In this document: one piece after another, positions 44,793-57,343 of the stretch
Position numbering within the stretch: the stretch's first letter is position 1
Layout: every line of letters begins with the position of its first letter
Source of the DNA: Peribolospora baueri
Taxonomy: Eukaryota
DNA: 64,000 bases
Assembly (NCBI GenBank): GCA_029717555.1
Contig: JAMDHS010000037.1
Coordinates: 1-64,000 of the forward strand
Direction: 5' to 3'
Notes under the pieces: model-generated
Database searches by the model: none
Told to the model about the DNA's origin: nothing
Seen by the model: only the letters and a program-made list of their open reading frames with translations
Translations under genes and position numbers: made by a program

Positions 44793-47364
44793 CTAGAACA
44801 CATACGCGGGGACGCTGACGACGGCGTCGGTGTACGCTGGCGGAGGCACGAGCCATCCCTGGCTATCGTCCTCCACGGTCCCGGACACCGTGCGCGGGCC
44901 CGATTCCGCCGTGGCCGACGACGTGTACACCTCGCTCCAAGTTCGCAGGTATCTCGCCTCTCTCGGCTCCGAAACGCTGCCGATGGTGATTGGCACGAGG
45001 AGCGAGCGGAGCTTGCCTGGGAAACGCGCCCCCTCGGCGGCGGTGCAGACGTACCTGTCCCGAGCCATGCCGGCGTCGACGAGCGTTTTCGGTGGGGGGC
45101 CTGCCCAGGGAGCGGTCAACGCCATCTGCCGGCTCGGAAAGGCGGCGGGAGAGAACCAGTTGGGCTGAGTGCGAGGCATGTGGGGATAGAGGTCATGGAC
45201 CCTCTGCACGTGCGGCGCAAGCGGGCCATCGGCGATGCCAACGTCGACGCAAACGTAAAAGCGCTGGCTGACGTGGAGGTGTCGCTCGGCGTTGGGGGTG
45301 CCCCTGTCCCTGGCGCCTCTGCTCGTAGCCGAGGCGGGAGGAAGGATGATGGAGGAAGAGTAGCCAGCGGTCCACTCTTGGCCCGCGACGCCGCTCCTGC
45401 CGAGGGGCAGACAGAGGTCCTTGACGAGAACCTGAGCCTTTTTCATCGGGTCCACGTCCCCCCTGCCAGCATACTCGATCCAACCCCACCGGCTCACGAC
45501 CTCGCGCTCGGCAATGCACCCCTCCTCATCGCTCGCCTCAAAGACGGCGCGGTCGTCCAAGTGGGCAGCGGAGGGGCGAGAGCGGACAAAGGTGCGAGCG
45601 AGGATGGCAAAGCGAATGTATAGATCCGTCGGCTTGACCGGACGGTCGATGATGCGGAGAGAAATGGGGACAGTCTGGTGAGGGCTGAACGTGGTCGTCG
45701 GCAGACGCGGGGTGATGTGGTGATAGGCGCGCTTGGTCGTCAGCGGCATCGGGCTCGTCACAGCCGGCTCTGCGGTGCCGTCCTGCGTCAGCGACACCAG
45801 TCCGCCCGTTTTGGTGGTGTACAGCCGGGGGGTGGCGGTGAGACCACGGATGAGGGCGGTAAAGAGTCCGGTCGTGTCGTCGGAGGCGCTCGCGTCCAAG
45901 CGCGGCTCCGGCGCGACGTCGGAGCGGTGGTGCAAGGGCGGGAGGTGCGGCTCGGGCGTAGGGAGCGTGACGGGCAGGAGGGTGAAGGGGACGTTGGCCG
46001 TGACGATGGGCGCGTGCTCGGCGCCGAACAGACCAAGCTCCATCCAGTAGACGATCTCGATCTGACCGTTCTCGGCCTTGGAGCACGATGGCGGCAGCTT
46101 GGGCTGAGTGGGGATTTGAACCTGTCAAAGACAGTGAGACGATGTGGTCAGAAATTAGTGTGACGTTGAGACGGACGCGCTGTTCCGCCGCGTGCTCACC
46201 GAGAGGGGAAGAACGTAGGTGCCTGGAGTGAGGCGCTTGCCCTCTTCGGCCTGGCGGACGATCTTGTCCTCGGCGCGGCCTTTGGCAAGTCGTCGGTTCG
46301 CCCAATGGGCCTTAGCGTCCCTGCGCCAGATCTCGAGGCCCTCTCCGAGGTCGACGGTGACGTCCACGAGCGTGCGCTTCAAAGGCCCCTCGGATCCGGG
46401 CGCCGTCACCTCGCCGCGTAGGCCCATTTGGAGGCCCTTAATGTCGTCGAGCAAGAGGCCGCCGAGCATGCGTACGCCGCCATGTTCGATAGACCGGCTC
46501 AGCACGTTGAGCGTGACGAGCGCGTCGACGCGCTGTCCGGGGAAGAAGGCGGGAGGCGGGGGCGGGGGAGTGTCGTCGCTTGCGGCGGCCGAGGCCGCAC
46601 CAGGAGCAGAAAAGGAGACTGACAGGCGGCAAGTCGGGTATCGAGGAAAAGGGTAAGGTTCGGCGATCGACGCCGAGGGCGACCACTGGCTGAGGTCGAC
46701 GCTGCAGGATGGTCGCTTAGAAAGGGAGGAGGAGCGCGCGCTCGCGCTGAGGTTCCAGATCCGTCGACGTCGAGCTTGGCGCTCCGAACAGGCGGCGGGA
46801 GTGATGGTAAACGAAGCAGGAGCGGCCGGAGGTGAAGAGGTTCGGCGGCGCGGGGGAATGCTGGGCGACGGCTCGTCGGGCGCGCGGTTCCCCAGGGAGC
46901 CCGCCAACATGGAACTGGAAAAGTCACCTAAGACGAGGTCAGGGGCCGCGGTGGGGCGCTCGCGACACGAAGACGGCACGTCGTCCACTGCGAGGCCAAC
47001 GTCCGCCCGCCTATCTGGCCGCTCGTTGTCGCCGAGCGCCCTCGGGATGCGTCTGCGGGGCGAGTCTAGAGAGAGGCCATACCGGTGGCCAAAGGGATCC
47101 GACGTGCTGCGAGTCCTGCCTCGGGGGGCGACGCTCGGGGACGGCCGAACGGCGGAGGCGGAAAGGTCCGTGCGCGAGGGCACACGGCGATACGCGTTGC
47201 CGGCGTAGGCGTCGGCAGTCGCATAGGCGAAGGCTTCCGGCGAGAGCGGCGTCTGGGGTCGGGAGCTGGAAGGGGTGGCGGGCGCAGCGCATGGGACGGC
47301 GCCGACGTCGGCCGGAGGAAGGAGCAAGGGCCGTAGATGCGGGGTTGGCCTGCGGAGAGAGGAG

Positions 47365-47395
<31 letters not shown>

Positions 47396-47525
47396 CGGAT
47401 CGTCCAGCGCGGACACGGTCAGCGTCAAGGCGGTGTTCGTCGGACGTGGAGGGCTTCTTGAAGATGGCGGCCAAGCTCGAGCCGACCGAGCGGCCGATGG
47501 CCGAAGGAGGGTGGGGGCAGTTCAT
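44793..47525 (-). CDS. Arrestin-like protein with disordered N-terminus and C-terminal PY motif
   Basis: Two long exons; PGTYVLPLS..PPS arrestin-N-like segment, beta-rich C-terminal domain, terminal PPPAY. Confidence 0.55.
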
Positions 47526-49586
47526 GGCGAGGGCGAAGAAGCGAGTGTGATGAGCGTCGGGGGCTGGGTACGTCGTCTAGGCGCAGGGTAGGTGTCGTCG
47601 GACCGGCTTGGGATGGGGTCACCGACCAGCGGGCAACCTGGTTCTTATACGCGGAGGGGGAGGCCGATGCCGGAGTGGAGGCGGACGAGGGACCTTGCCC
47701 TGCCGCCGCGTTCCTGGGGCCTGAAGGGCAGGAGGCAAGAGGCAAGGGGGCGGGGATGGTGTACGAGGCGTCGGTGTCAACGAAGGCTCCAGCGATCTGT
47801 CGTGGGCGTCCGAGTTTGAGCAAGGGGAAGGCGGGCGGACCTGCCGTTCCGGGAAGACAGGGGAGCAGTGAAGGAGAAAAGGGTTAGAAGAGGGGGAGAT
47901 ATGAAGGAGAAATGTGTGAAGACGGGGAGATAGAAGATGAGGGGGTATAGCGTCCCTGGCCGGCGGCTGCGACGGTGAGAAGAAAGGAGGGCGATGACGA
48001 GGGAGGTGGGAAGAGGGTGAGCGGAGGGACAATGAACGACGGAACGGGTTGGGGTTCAGACGCAGCAGCGTTCACGTTCGCCGGCCATTGTCATATTTGC
48101 CTTTGCTCGGGCCGAGTCGACACGATTACAGTCCAAGCCTTCCTTTCTTCCTTTATCCCTTGCCATGGGGGTCAAGAAGAGAAGGAACAAAGACACGCAG
48201 CCGTCGTCCGTCTTTTCTTTCTCTCTTCCCATCCATGCCCCTCGTCCGCCGCGTGCCGCAGCAACCCCTCGGATCTCGACTCGACTCACCACCAGCGCAA
48301 ACTCGACCCGGATGGTTATTGCTTGCTCAATTTGGACGGGCTAAAAAGTCAAGTCCGAGTTTTGAGTCCGGGCCGTCGGACAGATGATCTTCAGGACGCT
48401 TCGAGCAAGTGGCCGGCCGGGTGGTGACCGGCGCAGGGGTCCGCTCAGGAACCCGATCCAAGTAAGGGCAAGGGGTTAGGGCGGGATGCGGGGGGGGCGC
48501 GAGCGAGCCTCGGGGACGGCTGCGGCGATCGGGCGAGGAGGGCTGGCTGGCTTGCGGGCAGGCTGGCGGGCGGGCGGTTAGTTATTAGCTGTCTGCGCAA
48601 GGTTCGAACAAGGCACGTTGGTTGCGTGAATGCCAGGCAGGGCATGAGGCGTAAAGAGGGACCAGGGCGTGACGCAAGGGGGATTGAGGTTTGAACGACG
48701 ATCGTCCGCGACGGAGGGCGCCCGTTTTGTACGAGTCGAGCATCCGGCGAAGCCAGAGCAGGCCAGGCGAGAGGAGAGAATACGAAATACACGGAGCTAG
48801 ACGCAAAGGATGGACGGATGGAGGCAGAGGCCGCCTCGCCCGCCCCAGCCTCAGCCCCCTAGTCCACTCCCACGTCGTCACCAAGCACGACGAGATGGCA
48901 CAAGGGATGATGAGCGAGCGGCAGGACGAGCAGGGATCGCCCACGTCCATCGCTCTAGCTTTGCACATGAAACGACATAACCCCGCATGTAATGCGCATC
49001 ATATATGATGGCAACATGCACGCTGCGCCCTGTCGACAGCCACTCTCTCGTTGTTGTCTTTTTTTTTCCTCTTTTCTGCCTTGCTCTCCCTTCCCGCGTC
49101 CTCGCACGCCGCACTCCCTACCTCTTCCTCCGCCACGGGCACGGGCATCATTCATTCTGTGGACGGAGGGAACGGAAGTTGTTTGTTCTCGATTTCCCCA
49201 CCTCGGGTCTAGTTGCGCTGGGAAGGGGGATGGCATGGGACGGACGGGATGAGGAGGAGGGGATTATAAGCACTAGCTAATAATTAGTCAGGCGGAACGA
49301 GGTCGAACGACATGGCAACCGCCGCTGGGCTGGGACATCGCTCCGCTCGGCTCGGACGTCGCTCGGCCCCGGAATGGGCAGGGCAAGCAAGGCGGGCCAA
49401 GGCACCGAGACGGGGCACAGCAAAATATTTCCCCCACTCGCCACCAAATTGGCCTCGGTCCGCTCGTCGCTTCGGCCACCCACAGAACGAAACGAAACGC
49501 CTTCCTCTCTACACGCCTCTCCATCTCCCTCGCGCTCAAGCCGCCTTTTCACGCATTCCTCGACTCCACAGACGCCCGAAGCCCCT

Positions 49587-51526
49587 TCAGCCCCACCATG
49601 CTCCATCATCATCATCGACGCAGATCGCCCGGGGCCCGATCGGCTCCTCGACGAAAGACACGGTGCGGTCTATGAATATCCGCACGCCATCCACAGCGCT
49701 CGTCATAAAGTTCCTTTCAAAGCCCACGGCCTCCAAAGAGGGACATGAGTCGGAGAAAACTTGGGCCACCCGTGTTCTGGGCACGCCCGGAAAAGTCAAG
49801 GCGCCTCCCAGGTAAAGAGATCGCAGCCAAGGGAAGTTGCCTTTGCCCAGGGCCGAGGCGAAGGTACGGATGGACTGAGAGGACACCAACGTTTCGGTCA
49901 GGCACGCACGACTGAGATGGACACCAAGGGGCCCGTCAGGCCCTCCTACGCCGGCCATCCGCTCTCAAACACTCACCAGTGCGCCGTCGACGTATTTCAC
50001 CCTTCCCCACAGTTCCAGCTCTTCCAGATGAGGGCACGCCCGGGCAATGCTCCGGAGGAACGAGACGTCCACCTGTCGCGATCCGCCGTGCGGCCACAGC
50101 ATGTCCCCCCTACCGCTGGGCTCCTCTTCCGGATCTCGATACGCCTCGCCGTCCCCCTCCCCAATCTCCTGGGAGTGGACGATGATCCCGAGGCTTCGAA
50201 GCGACGGCAGGCCGAATCCAAGTGGCTCCCCGTGCTCGCCAAAGGGGGCGTTGCGAAGTAATTCGATGGCTTGTGCATTCAAAGAGGAGACGAGGTCGAG
50301 CCGTACGAGGTTCGTACTCGTCCGCATCACACGCCGAGCATCATCGACTTCTCCCTGTGCGAGTGCGAGCGAATGGAAGGTAGCTTGAGCGAGAGAATCG
50401 CATCATGAGCGAAGTGGCATCAGAAAACTCACGACGAAGCGGCGAAGGGATCGAAATGGATTCTTCCCGGTGTGACGCAAAAGGTCACTCAAGTCTGAGT
50501 TATCGCCAAAATCCAATACCTCCAATCTCTCCAAGCTGTTCCAAAACTCCTTTGTCTGCTCTGCCCGCTTCCGGTCGTTGGTTTCGATGTTCCCTTTGAA
50601 TCCGTTCAGAGAGAGCACTCGCAAGTTGGGAAGGCGCAAAGAAAGGAGACCGCCCGGTGCAAATACGTCCAAATAATCCGCAGTGCCGTATGTGCCTTCG
50701 TTCGCAAAGTGGATACGCAGGATACGTAACTTGTCGCATGAGATGTTCGAATAGAGGCGGGAAAGATCAGGCATCGGCCCGCCCTCTACTGGGAGGCGAG
50801 ATCGGACGGTGAAACAGCACACGGCTGCCAGTGAGCCAGCGTTCGAGGGCACGAGCACGAGACGAGGCATCAACTCACCTCTGTGCTCGTAGCGTTCCCA
50901 TCCTCGAATGGAGATCCCCTCCAGCCCCTAAAGGACAACGGACAGCGGTCAACGTAGCTCCACAGATGCCGGCCTCTGTCTCTCACCTCGCAGTCAAACA
51001 GCCCGCTTGTTTCGAACCAACGATCGCTAGTGTCGTCCCAGGCCCCCACATCCACCTCTTTCAACTCTGAGCACTTCTCCCTCAGCAATCGCCACTGCTT
51101 CGGAGAACACACGTCCTCGATAAAGTGATCAAGCGACAAACTGGCAAGGCGCGAGAGTGCGCCCTGGCCGATGAGCCGGAGGAGGGCGTCTCTGCACTCG
51201 GAGTAACGGGGGTCCGTGAACACCAAGCCCGTGACGCGCAGACGCCGAACGACCGTACCGACCGGAGCGCTCCCTCTGTCCGTTCCTTCAGCCGCCTCCT
51301 CGTTCCCCCCTCTCCGGCGTTCCAGCTTGCCCAGCAAGTCAGCGAGCTCCGCCGTCCTCCGCACCCGAATATCTCGATAGAGAAAGTCGGGGACGATGAC
51401 TCGCTCCAGACGACGGCACGTCAGGGCGACGGCGAGCAGATCTCGAGGGCGGCGGAGGTGTTCTGCGATCGAAGCGATCAGCTCGGCCGGAAGGCGATTA
51501 AGGTACGGAGATGGTTCCGCTGTCAT
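49587..51526 (-). CDS. F-box protein with RNI/LRR-like repeats, multi-exon
   Basis: LNRLPAELIASIAEHL..DLLAVALTCRRL; repeated LxxLxL units (LPNLRVLSL, CPHLEELEL, CPSLEAVGF). Confidence 0.8.
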
Positions 51527-51907
51527 TGTCCCCGCGGAGCAGAGAGAAACGTCGTGAATGATCCTTTTTTGTTGGGTGCTTGCTGGTATTCTTCTGCTGA
51601 GCCGCCCTGCTGCCGCAAGGCAGTGACGACCATGAACTCCGGCAACTCGGCGATAGCGCTCTCGGCGTGCCCGTATCGCGAATAGGTCCGGGAAACTCCG
51701 CCACCGCACATCTATCTCCCCGACCAGAGCCAAGCGGCGGACATGAAGGCTGCTCTGATCAAGTCATCCTAGCTACAGGGCCGGCACATCCGAGAGAAAC
51801 CAGATAGAAGCACGTTCTTCGGCAATGTAGGCCAATCCGTCCCGCGCCCACCCGATCACCCCACACCGCGCATTCACACGACCTCCCTCACCACCAACCG
51901 GTAGCAG

Positions 51908-52814
51908 CTACGCCCGCTCTCCGGCGGTCCATTGCCCCACCAGACCCCTCAACCAGGCCGCCTCCTTCTCCATCTCCTCGGCGCTCCGCGGCTTGCGAGC
52001 CTCGTCCGCGTCCACCCTGACCGCGCCCTTCGGACCGTCGTTCATCTCCGGCGGCGGCGGCGGCGTGGGCTGAGAGACGGAGGAATCTGGGGCAGAGAAG
52101 GCGTCAATGTGGCTGTATATCTGGAAGGAGAAGGGGACGTCTGGTCAGCGAAGCCGTGTCGGCGGATTGTGGAAATGAATGAGCGCACCTTGTCCTTGGG
52201 CTCAAAGTCGCCCTCGCGCCTTGGGAAGACGTGCACGTGGAAGTGCGGCACGGTCTGACCGGCTACCGTCCCGTCCTGCTCGTCGACGACCGGAAGACGG
52301 AGAGAGTGAACGGACGGGCACGAGCTGAGCTCTCCGGTCTGCGAGAGGGACGTCGCGGCCGGGGACGGCGGGCCGGCGAACACCTGTACCCACCTGCACG
52401 GCGATGGTCAACCCCTCCGCGCCATACGCCTTCTCCACGACCTTGCCCACTTGCTGTGCGGCGCTGAAGACCGCCGACACTTCCTCCGGCGACAGGTCGG
52501 CGAAACGCAAGACGCGGCGGCGGGAGAGGACGAGTACGTCTTGTCAAACAAAGGCAGCGAGAGGGAGGTAGCAAAATGAGTTTCTGGGACACCTGGAAGG
52601 AAAGGCGGCGCGATTGCACTTGCGCTCGGCACTCACGACCGGGAACGATCGGCTTAAGGTTGACGATGGCGGCAGCGTGCGGGCAGAGGTAGAATGTCTG
52701 ACGGGTGACGTCGAAGGCGCCGAAGGCCACCTTCGCCGACGGCGGCGACGACGACGACGACGACATGAGTCGGCGGTGGGCAAAGGGAGCGACGGAGGAG
52801 AAGACGCGGAGCAT
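51908..52814 (-). CDS. HNT2: HIT family bis(5'-adenosyl)-triphosphatase (Fhit/Hnt2)
   Basis: [45 protein letters not shown]. Confidence 0.9.
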
Positions 52815-53046
52815 GAATGTTCGGTGGTCGTCGAGGCTCGCGTCATTCAGCGGCGGTAATAATGGCTGCGGTTATAATAGCAGATAAATGTCGATCGCTC
52901 GTCTCGTTCATCTCTCTCTCTCTCTCTCGCTTGCTACATCGTCGCTCTCTCGCGGCTGCGATTGATATCACACGTTACAGCGGTGGAATCGTCCAGAAAT
53001 ACATGGATTGAACAGGGAATAGATAGGCAGCGGGTGGAGACCCGCC

Positions 53047-56000
53047 TCAGAAGACCACCGCCGGATCAACGCTCGTGCTCGCGCTCAACAGCCCGGCGGC
53101 GGTGGCGGACGGAATGGATGATGAAGAGGAGGACATGGAAACCGAGTCCGTACGCCCTCGTTGTCGTTGACCTTGATCTTGACCTCGAGCTTGGCCCAGG
53201 CCACGCCCTCGACCTCGACCTTGGGCCTCGGCCAAGGGTGGGCCGCCGTGCGTCTTGAGATGCCTGCTAACCTGGTCCGGGCGGCTGAAGCGCTTCTCGC
53301 AGCCTGGGTGAGGACAAGCAAATGGCCTTTCACCGGTATGGGTTCGCATCTTCCAAGGAGAATGCAAAGGGGAGAAATCGCAGGCAAGCGAGAAACGAAA
53401 TCGCAACCGACGCCGCGGCACGGAGGAGGAAGACAACGACAGCGTAGGTTAAGTCAGGTCAGCTCGTTCCACGACGCAGGGGCTGGCACGTCGTCCCCAC
53501 TCACGTGTTTGGTCAAGTTACTGCTCTCGCTAAACGCCTTTCCGCAACCTGGACGCCTGCAGATAAACGGCTTGTCCCCTGCGTCAAAAAAGTGCAAAGG
53601 GAAAAAGGAAGACGAGACACGCTTTTAGACAAGACTGGACCCGGCCCTCGCAAGCGTCCTCGCGCTCTCACCGCTGTGCACCCTCTTGTGGATCGTGAGC
53701 GCTCCAGCGATGGCAAAGGCCTTGCCGCACCCGGGGTGATCGCAAACGTACGGTCTCTCATTCGTGTGCGTCCGGAGATGCTGCGCGAGCGTATTGGGCT
53801 CTGCGAATCGCTTGTCGCAGCCCGGGTGAGGACAGCGGTGTGGACGATCGCCGGTGTGGGCCATGATGTGCCGCATTACCTTTTGTCGCTGCGCGAACCC
53901 GCCTTTGCCTTTCTTTTTTGCACCTCCTTCCCCCTCTTCCCCCTTTTCACCGTCCTCATCTCGCCGCCCTTTACCGTGCCGATCACACCCTTCCCACCAG
54001 CACTCGTACCAAGCCTTGCCATGCCCGACGTGATCCTCGCTGACGTGCTCCGTCAGGTTGGCTGACGTGGAAAAGACAAGGGAGCAGCCTCTCCACCGAC
54101 ACTGGTGACGTTCCGTTGCGTCCGTCGTGCTCCCTGCCGCTGGGGCCGCGTAAGGTGCCCTCGCGCCGACTTTAGAAAGAGAGGAAGAGCGCGCGGCACC
54201 ATCGGAAGAAACCGCAGCGGCGGAAGGATGGAAGGATGTGTTGAGCACCGACGCGAGGGACCCCTCTCCTCCATCGGCCCCGGCCCCTAGGTGCCCCAGA
54301 TGCTGGGTAAGCAAGTGGTTCAACCCAGCAAAAGGGTCTCCGCAATCGTCCCACTGACACACGTTCACATTCGCCATTGTGGGTGCGCCGGCGGAAGAGA
54401 CGTCCACAGCAGCTCGAAGGGTTCCAGCCTGCGCTCGGGCTTGCCCTTGCGAGCCGACAGACTGGGATACTGGCCAGCCTTGCGTGGGGACGGATGTGGA
54501 CGAGGACCAGAGATGCTGGGCGTTAACGTGCCCGATGAGCGCCTCCATGCTGTCGAACGTCGCGCGGCAGGCGGACCAGTGGCAACTGAACGTCTGCGGC
54601 TCCGACTGCGAGCGAGATTTGCCGTCGGTGGAGGCGATCTGACGGAGTGTCGGCGCCTCAGATATGGCCGGTGAAGAGTGCTGGCCGTTACCGGCTTCCG
54701 TCGTGGCCAGCGTCGTCTGCGACGCATGGTTGCCGACGCCATCTCCGCAAGCGCGTCCGCTGGAATCACACACGGCGCAAGACGATTCGCCGATGGAGGA
54801 CGTGGCCGAAGTGGAAGGGGTGGGCTGCACCGTAGCCTGCGCAAACGAAGCGCACGAGTGGCATAGCATCGCGTCCGCGCAGCAACAGCAGTCCAGCTGA
54901 AGGGAAGCGAGCGACAGAGGGCGAAATCAAGATGATGTTAATTTCAAATTTCCAGAACCACGGGCGAGTCAGACGGCGTGGCGACTGTGAACGGAAGGAC
55001 GAGAGAAGGATAGCAGTACGCACCAACTCCTGCAAGCTAGAGTAGATCCTCCCATCGTTGCCCGACTCGACGCCAGGCTCGCCGATCTTTTCTTCGCGAT
55101 GACCGGGCCAAGCTGACGGCGCCATCGAGGTCGACAAGGTCGTCTCGTTCGTCCCGTCGCAAACGGTGCACGTGCCTCCGGCGGAGAGGACAGAGCCGGT
55201 GTCAGGCGTGCCGTCGCTTTCGGCGGGCGGGGACGAAGAAAAGCGTTGGGACGACGTTGGAGACGACTCGTCTGCGCCTGCACTCGCGGCCATGTCCGGG
55301 CCATCACGAACCATCGCCGTCGTCGTCGGCTGTCCCGCAGACGCAGGAAAGGCGGCCATCGAGAAAGGGGAGAGCCCGGGAGGAGGAGGGATATTGAAGG
55401 CGGGAAGGGTCCAAGCATCGCAAAAGGAGACGCACGTTTGCAACGTCCCTTCGCACGTAGGAGCCAGGAATCCCGCCGAATTGGTGATCGATGTCGCGAA
55501 GCCGTTACGGCCGTTCCTAGAGACATTCTTCGTCGAGCTGGAGCCCGAAACGATCGGGGACTCGCGCGGGCGAGCGTCGTCTGCGGCCATGGGCTCGACA
55601 ATACATCTATCGTCCGCGCAAGGTTGACCGACGACTAGGTTCCACGGACTGTGTGCAGGATTGGAGCTGGACATGGAACCACCTCCGAGGAAGCGCCAGG
55701 CGTCGGAGTAGAGATCGACGGAGGAAGAGGTGGGAAAGGTGCAAGAGGTGGGAACGGCGGTGGAAGCGGCGGCGAAAGCGTCATTACAGGGGCTGTGGTC
55801 GATGTCGCAGGGCGGCTGGTCGCAGCTCTCGTCTGTGCACGGTATGGCCGAGGCCGTCATCGTCGGGAGAACTGCCGGAAGCGCCGCTGTTGATCCGGAC
55901 AGTGCGTGCTGTAGAGGAGGGGCGCAGGAGAGCGCATCGCAGGAGACGAAGTCTGGCAATGTGGTGAGCACGGTGGGCCGAGCGTCCGACAGTCTCTGTC

Positions 56001-56085
56001 GTGAAGATGCCTGGGGAGAGGACGAGCGCGAAAGGCGGCCTGACTGGGCGAGTTTGCGCTTGCGACTGGTTCTGATCTCTTCCAT
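53047..56085 (-). CDS. C2H2 zinc-finger transcription factor, Zap1/ZafA-like
   Basis: Cys/His-rich N-terminus; W-containing fingers (CHWSAC, CQWDDC, CRWRGC, CWWEGC) followed by HTGDRP/HTNERP/HTGERP-linked fingers. Confidence 0.8.
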
Positions 56086-57343
56086 CCTGTCGCACGAACA
56101 ACAGCAGTCGATGTGTGCGACGAGGCGACGAACGTCAAGACGGAGGGGCGAGGAAGACGACGGAGGGACGAGGATAAAGACGGAAGGGCGAGGGAAAAGA
56201 AGAGGACGCAGGCGCAGGAACGAGCGCTGGTCGGGGCAAAACGGTCAGGGAAGACGAGGGGGCGATGACAGGTGGGAGAGGAGGGGAGAGAGAGGAGGAC
56301 GAGCCGGCAACGGGGAAGCAGTGGGACAGGGCCCGAATCGGCGGCGGCATTCGTCGGCCACTACGTGCATGTAGCTCGATTCGGTCTAGGACGTGCCCAC
56401 TGCCGCGTCTGTGCGGCGGTGGTGGATGGAGATGAGCGAGACGCCGAGGAAGGAGACTCAGGGCGGGCGACCGAAGGCGAGCCGGCTGATCCGATCCGAT
56501 CTGATCTCTCTCTCCCACGTACTGGCCTGGCGGAGTGGGAGGAGGGAGGAGGAAGGAGGAAGGGGAGGGGGAAAGAGAAGCGGCGATCAATCAATCAGTC
56601 AGTCGGTCAGTACGACGACGTCCGCCAAGGCCAGGAGGGAAGGGGGCGCTAGTAAGACTACGACGAGGACCGTCGCGGTTACGGCTATCCGTCCGTCGAA
56701 TAACGCCAGCTTAACTGATCAGATAATCGACGTGTCGCCGCAGCAGCACCCTCCCAGTCACCGAGTGTTATGCAAGATCGCTCGCTATAACACTCCAATA
56801 TAGTACAGATACGGACTATACAGGTCCGGTTCTCACGGTCCGACCCGCAGCAGCCAGCGCCCAGCCGTACGACGTCACTCCTCGGGTCGACGCACACAAC
56901 CAGACCGACATGCTTTCGCGCACGAGAACATACTGCATATACATACGTGGCGGCGACGGGCTCGAGCGATGGCAAGACGAGGAATGCGCGCGCCTGCGTG
57001 GTGACAGACGAGAAAGAGGTCGAAACGAATCGAATCGAATCGACCTAAAGGAGGGATCAAAGGGATGATGTGTGAAGCAATAACAGATCGTTGTGCAGAC
57101 TCGGTCGCGAGAAAGACGTGTGTGTGGAGCGCCATGGCGTGGATGCAAGCGATGCAGGGTATGTGGCTGACGTTGATGAATGACGACGATGATCAGACGT
57201 GTCGAGATGGAGGACGGTCCGATATGGAAGCAAGACGTGGTGGTATCGACGAGGCAAGCGAGAAAAAAAATGATCGTCTGACACGGTTGTCGAGGCGTTG
57301 AGGCGTTCGATAGAATCGATTAACGACACCTCGACTGTATTCG

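Noticed and set aside
45538..47461. Many overlapping Arg/Pro-rich ORFs
   Set aside because: Expected in stop-poor high-GC DNA overlapping the arrestin-like gene.
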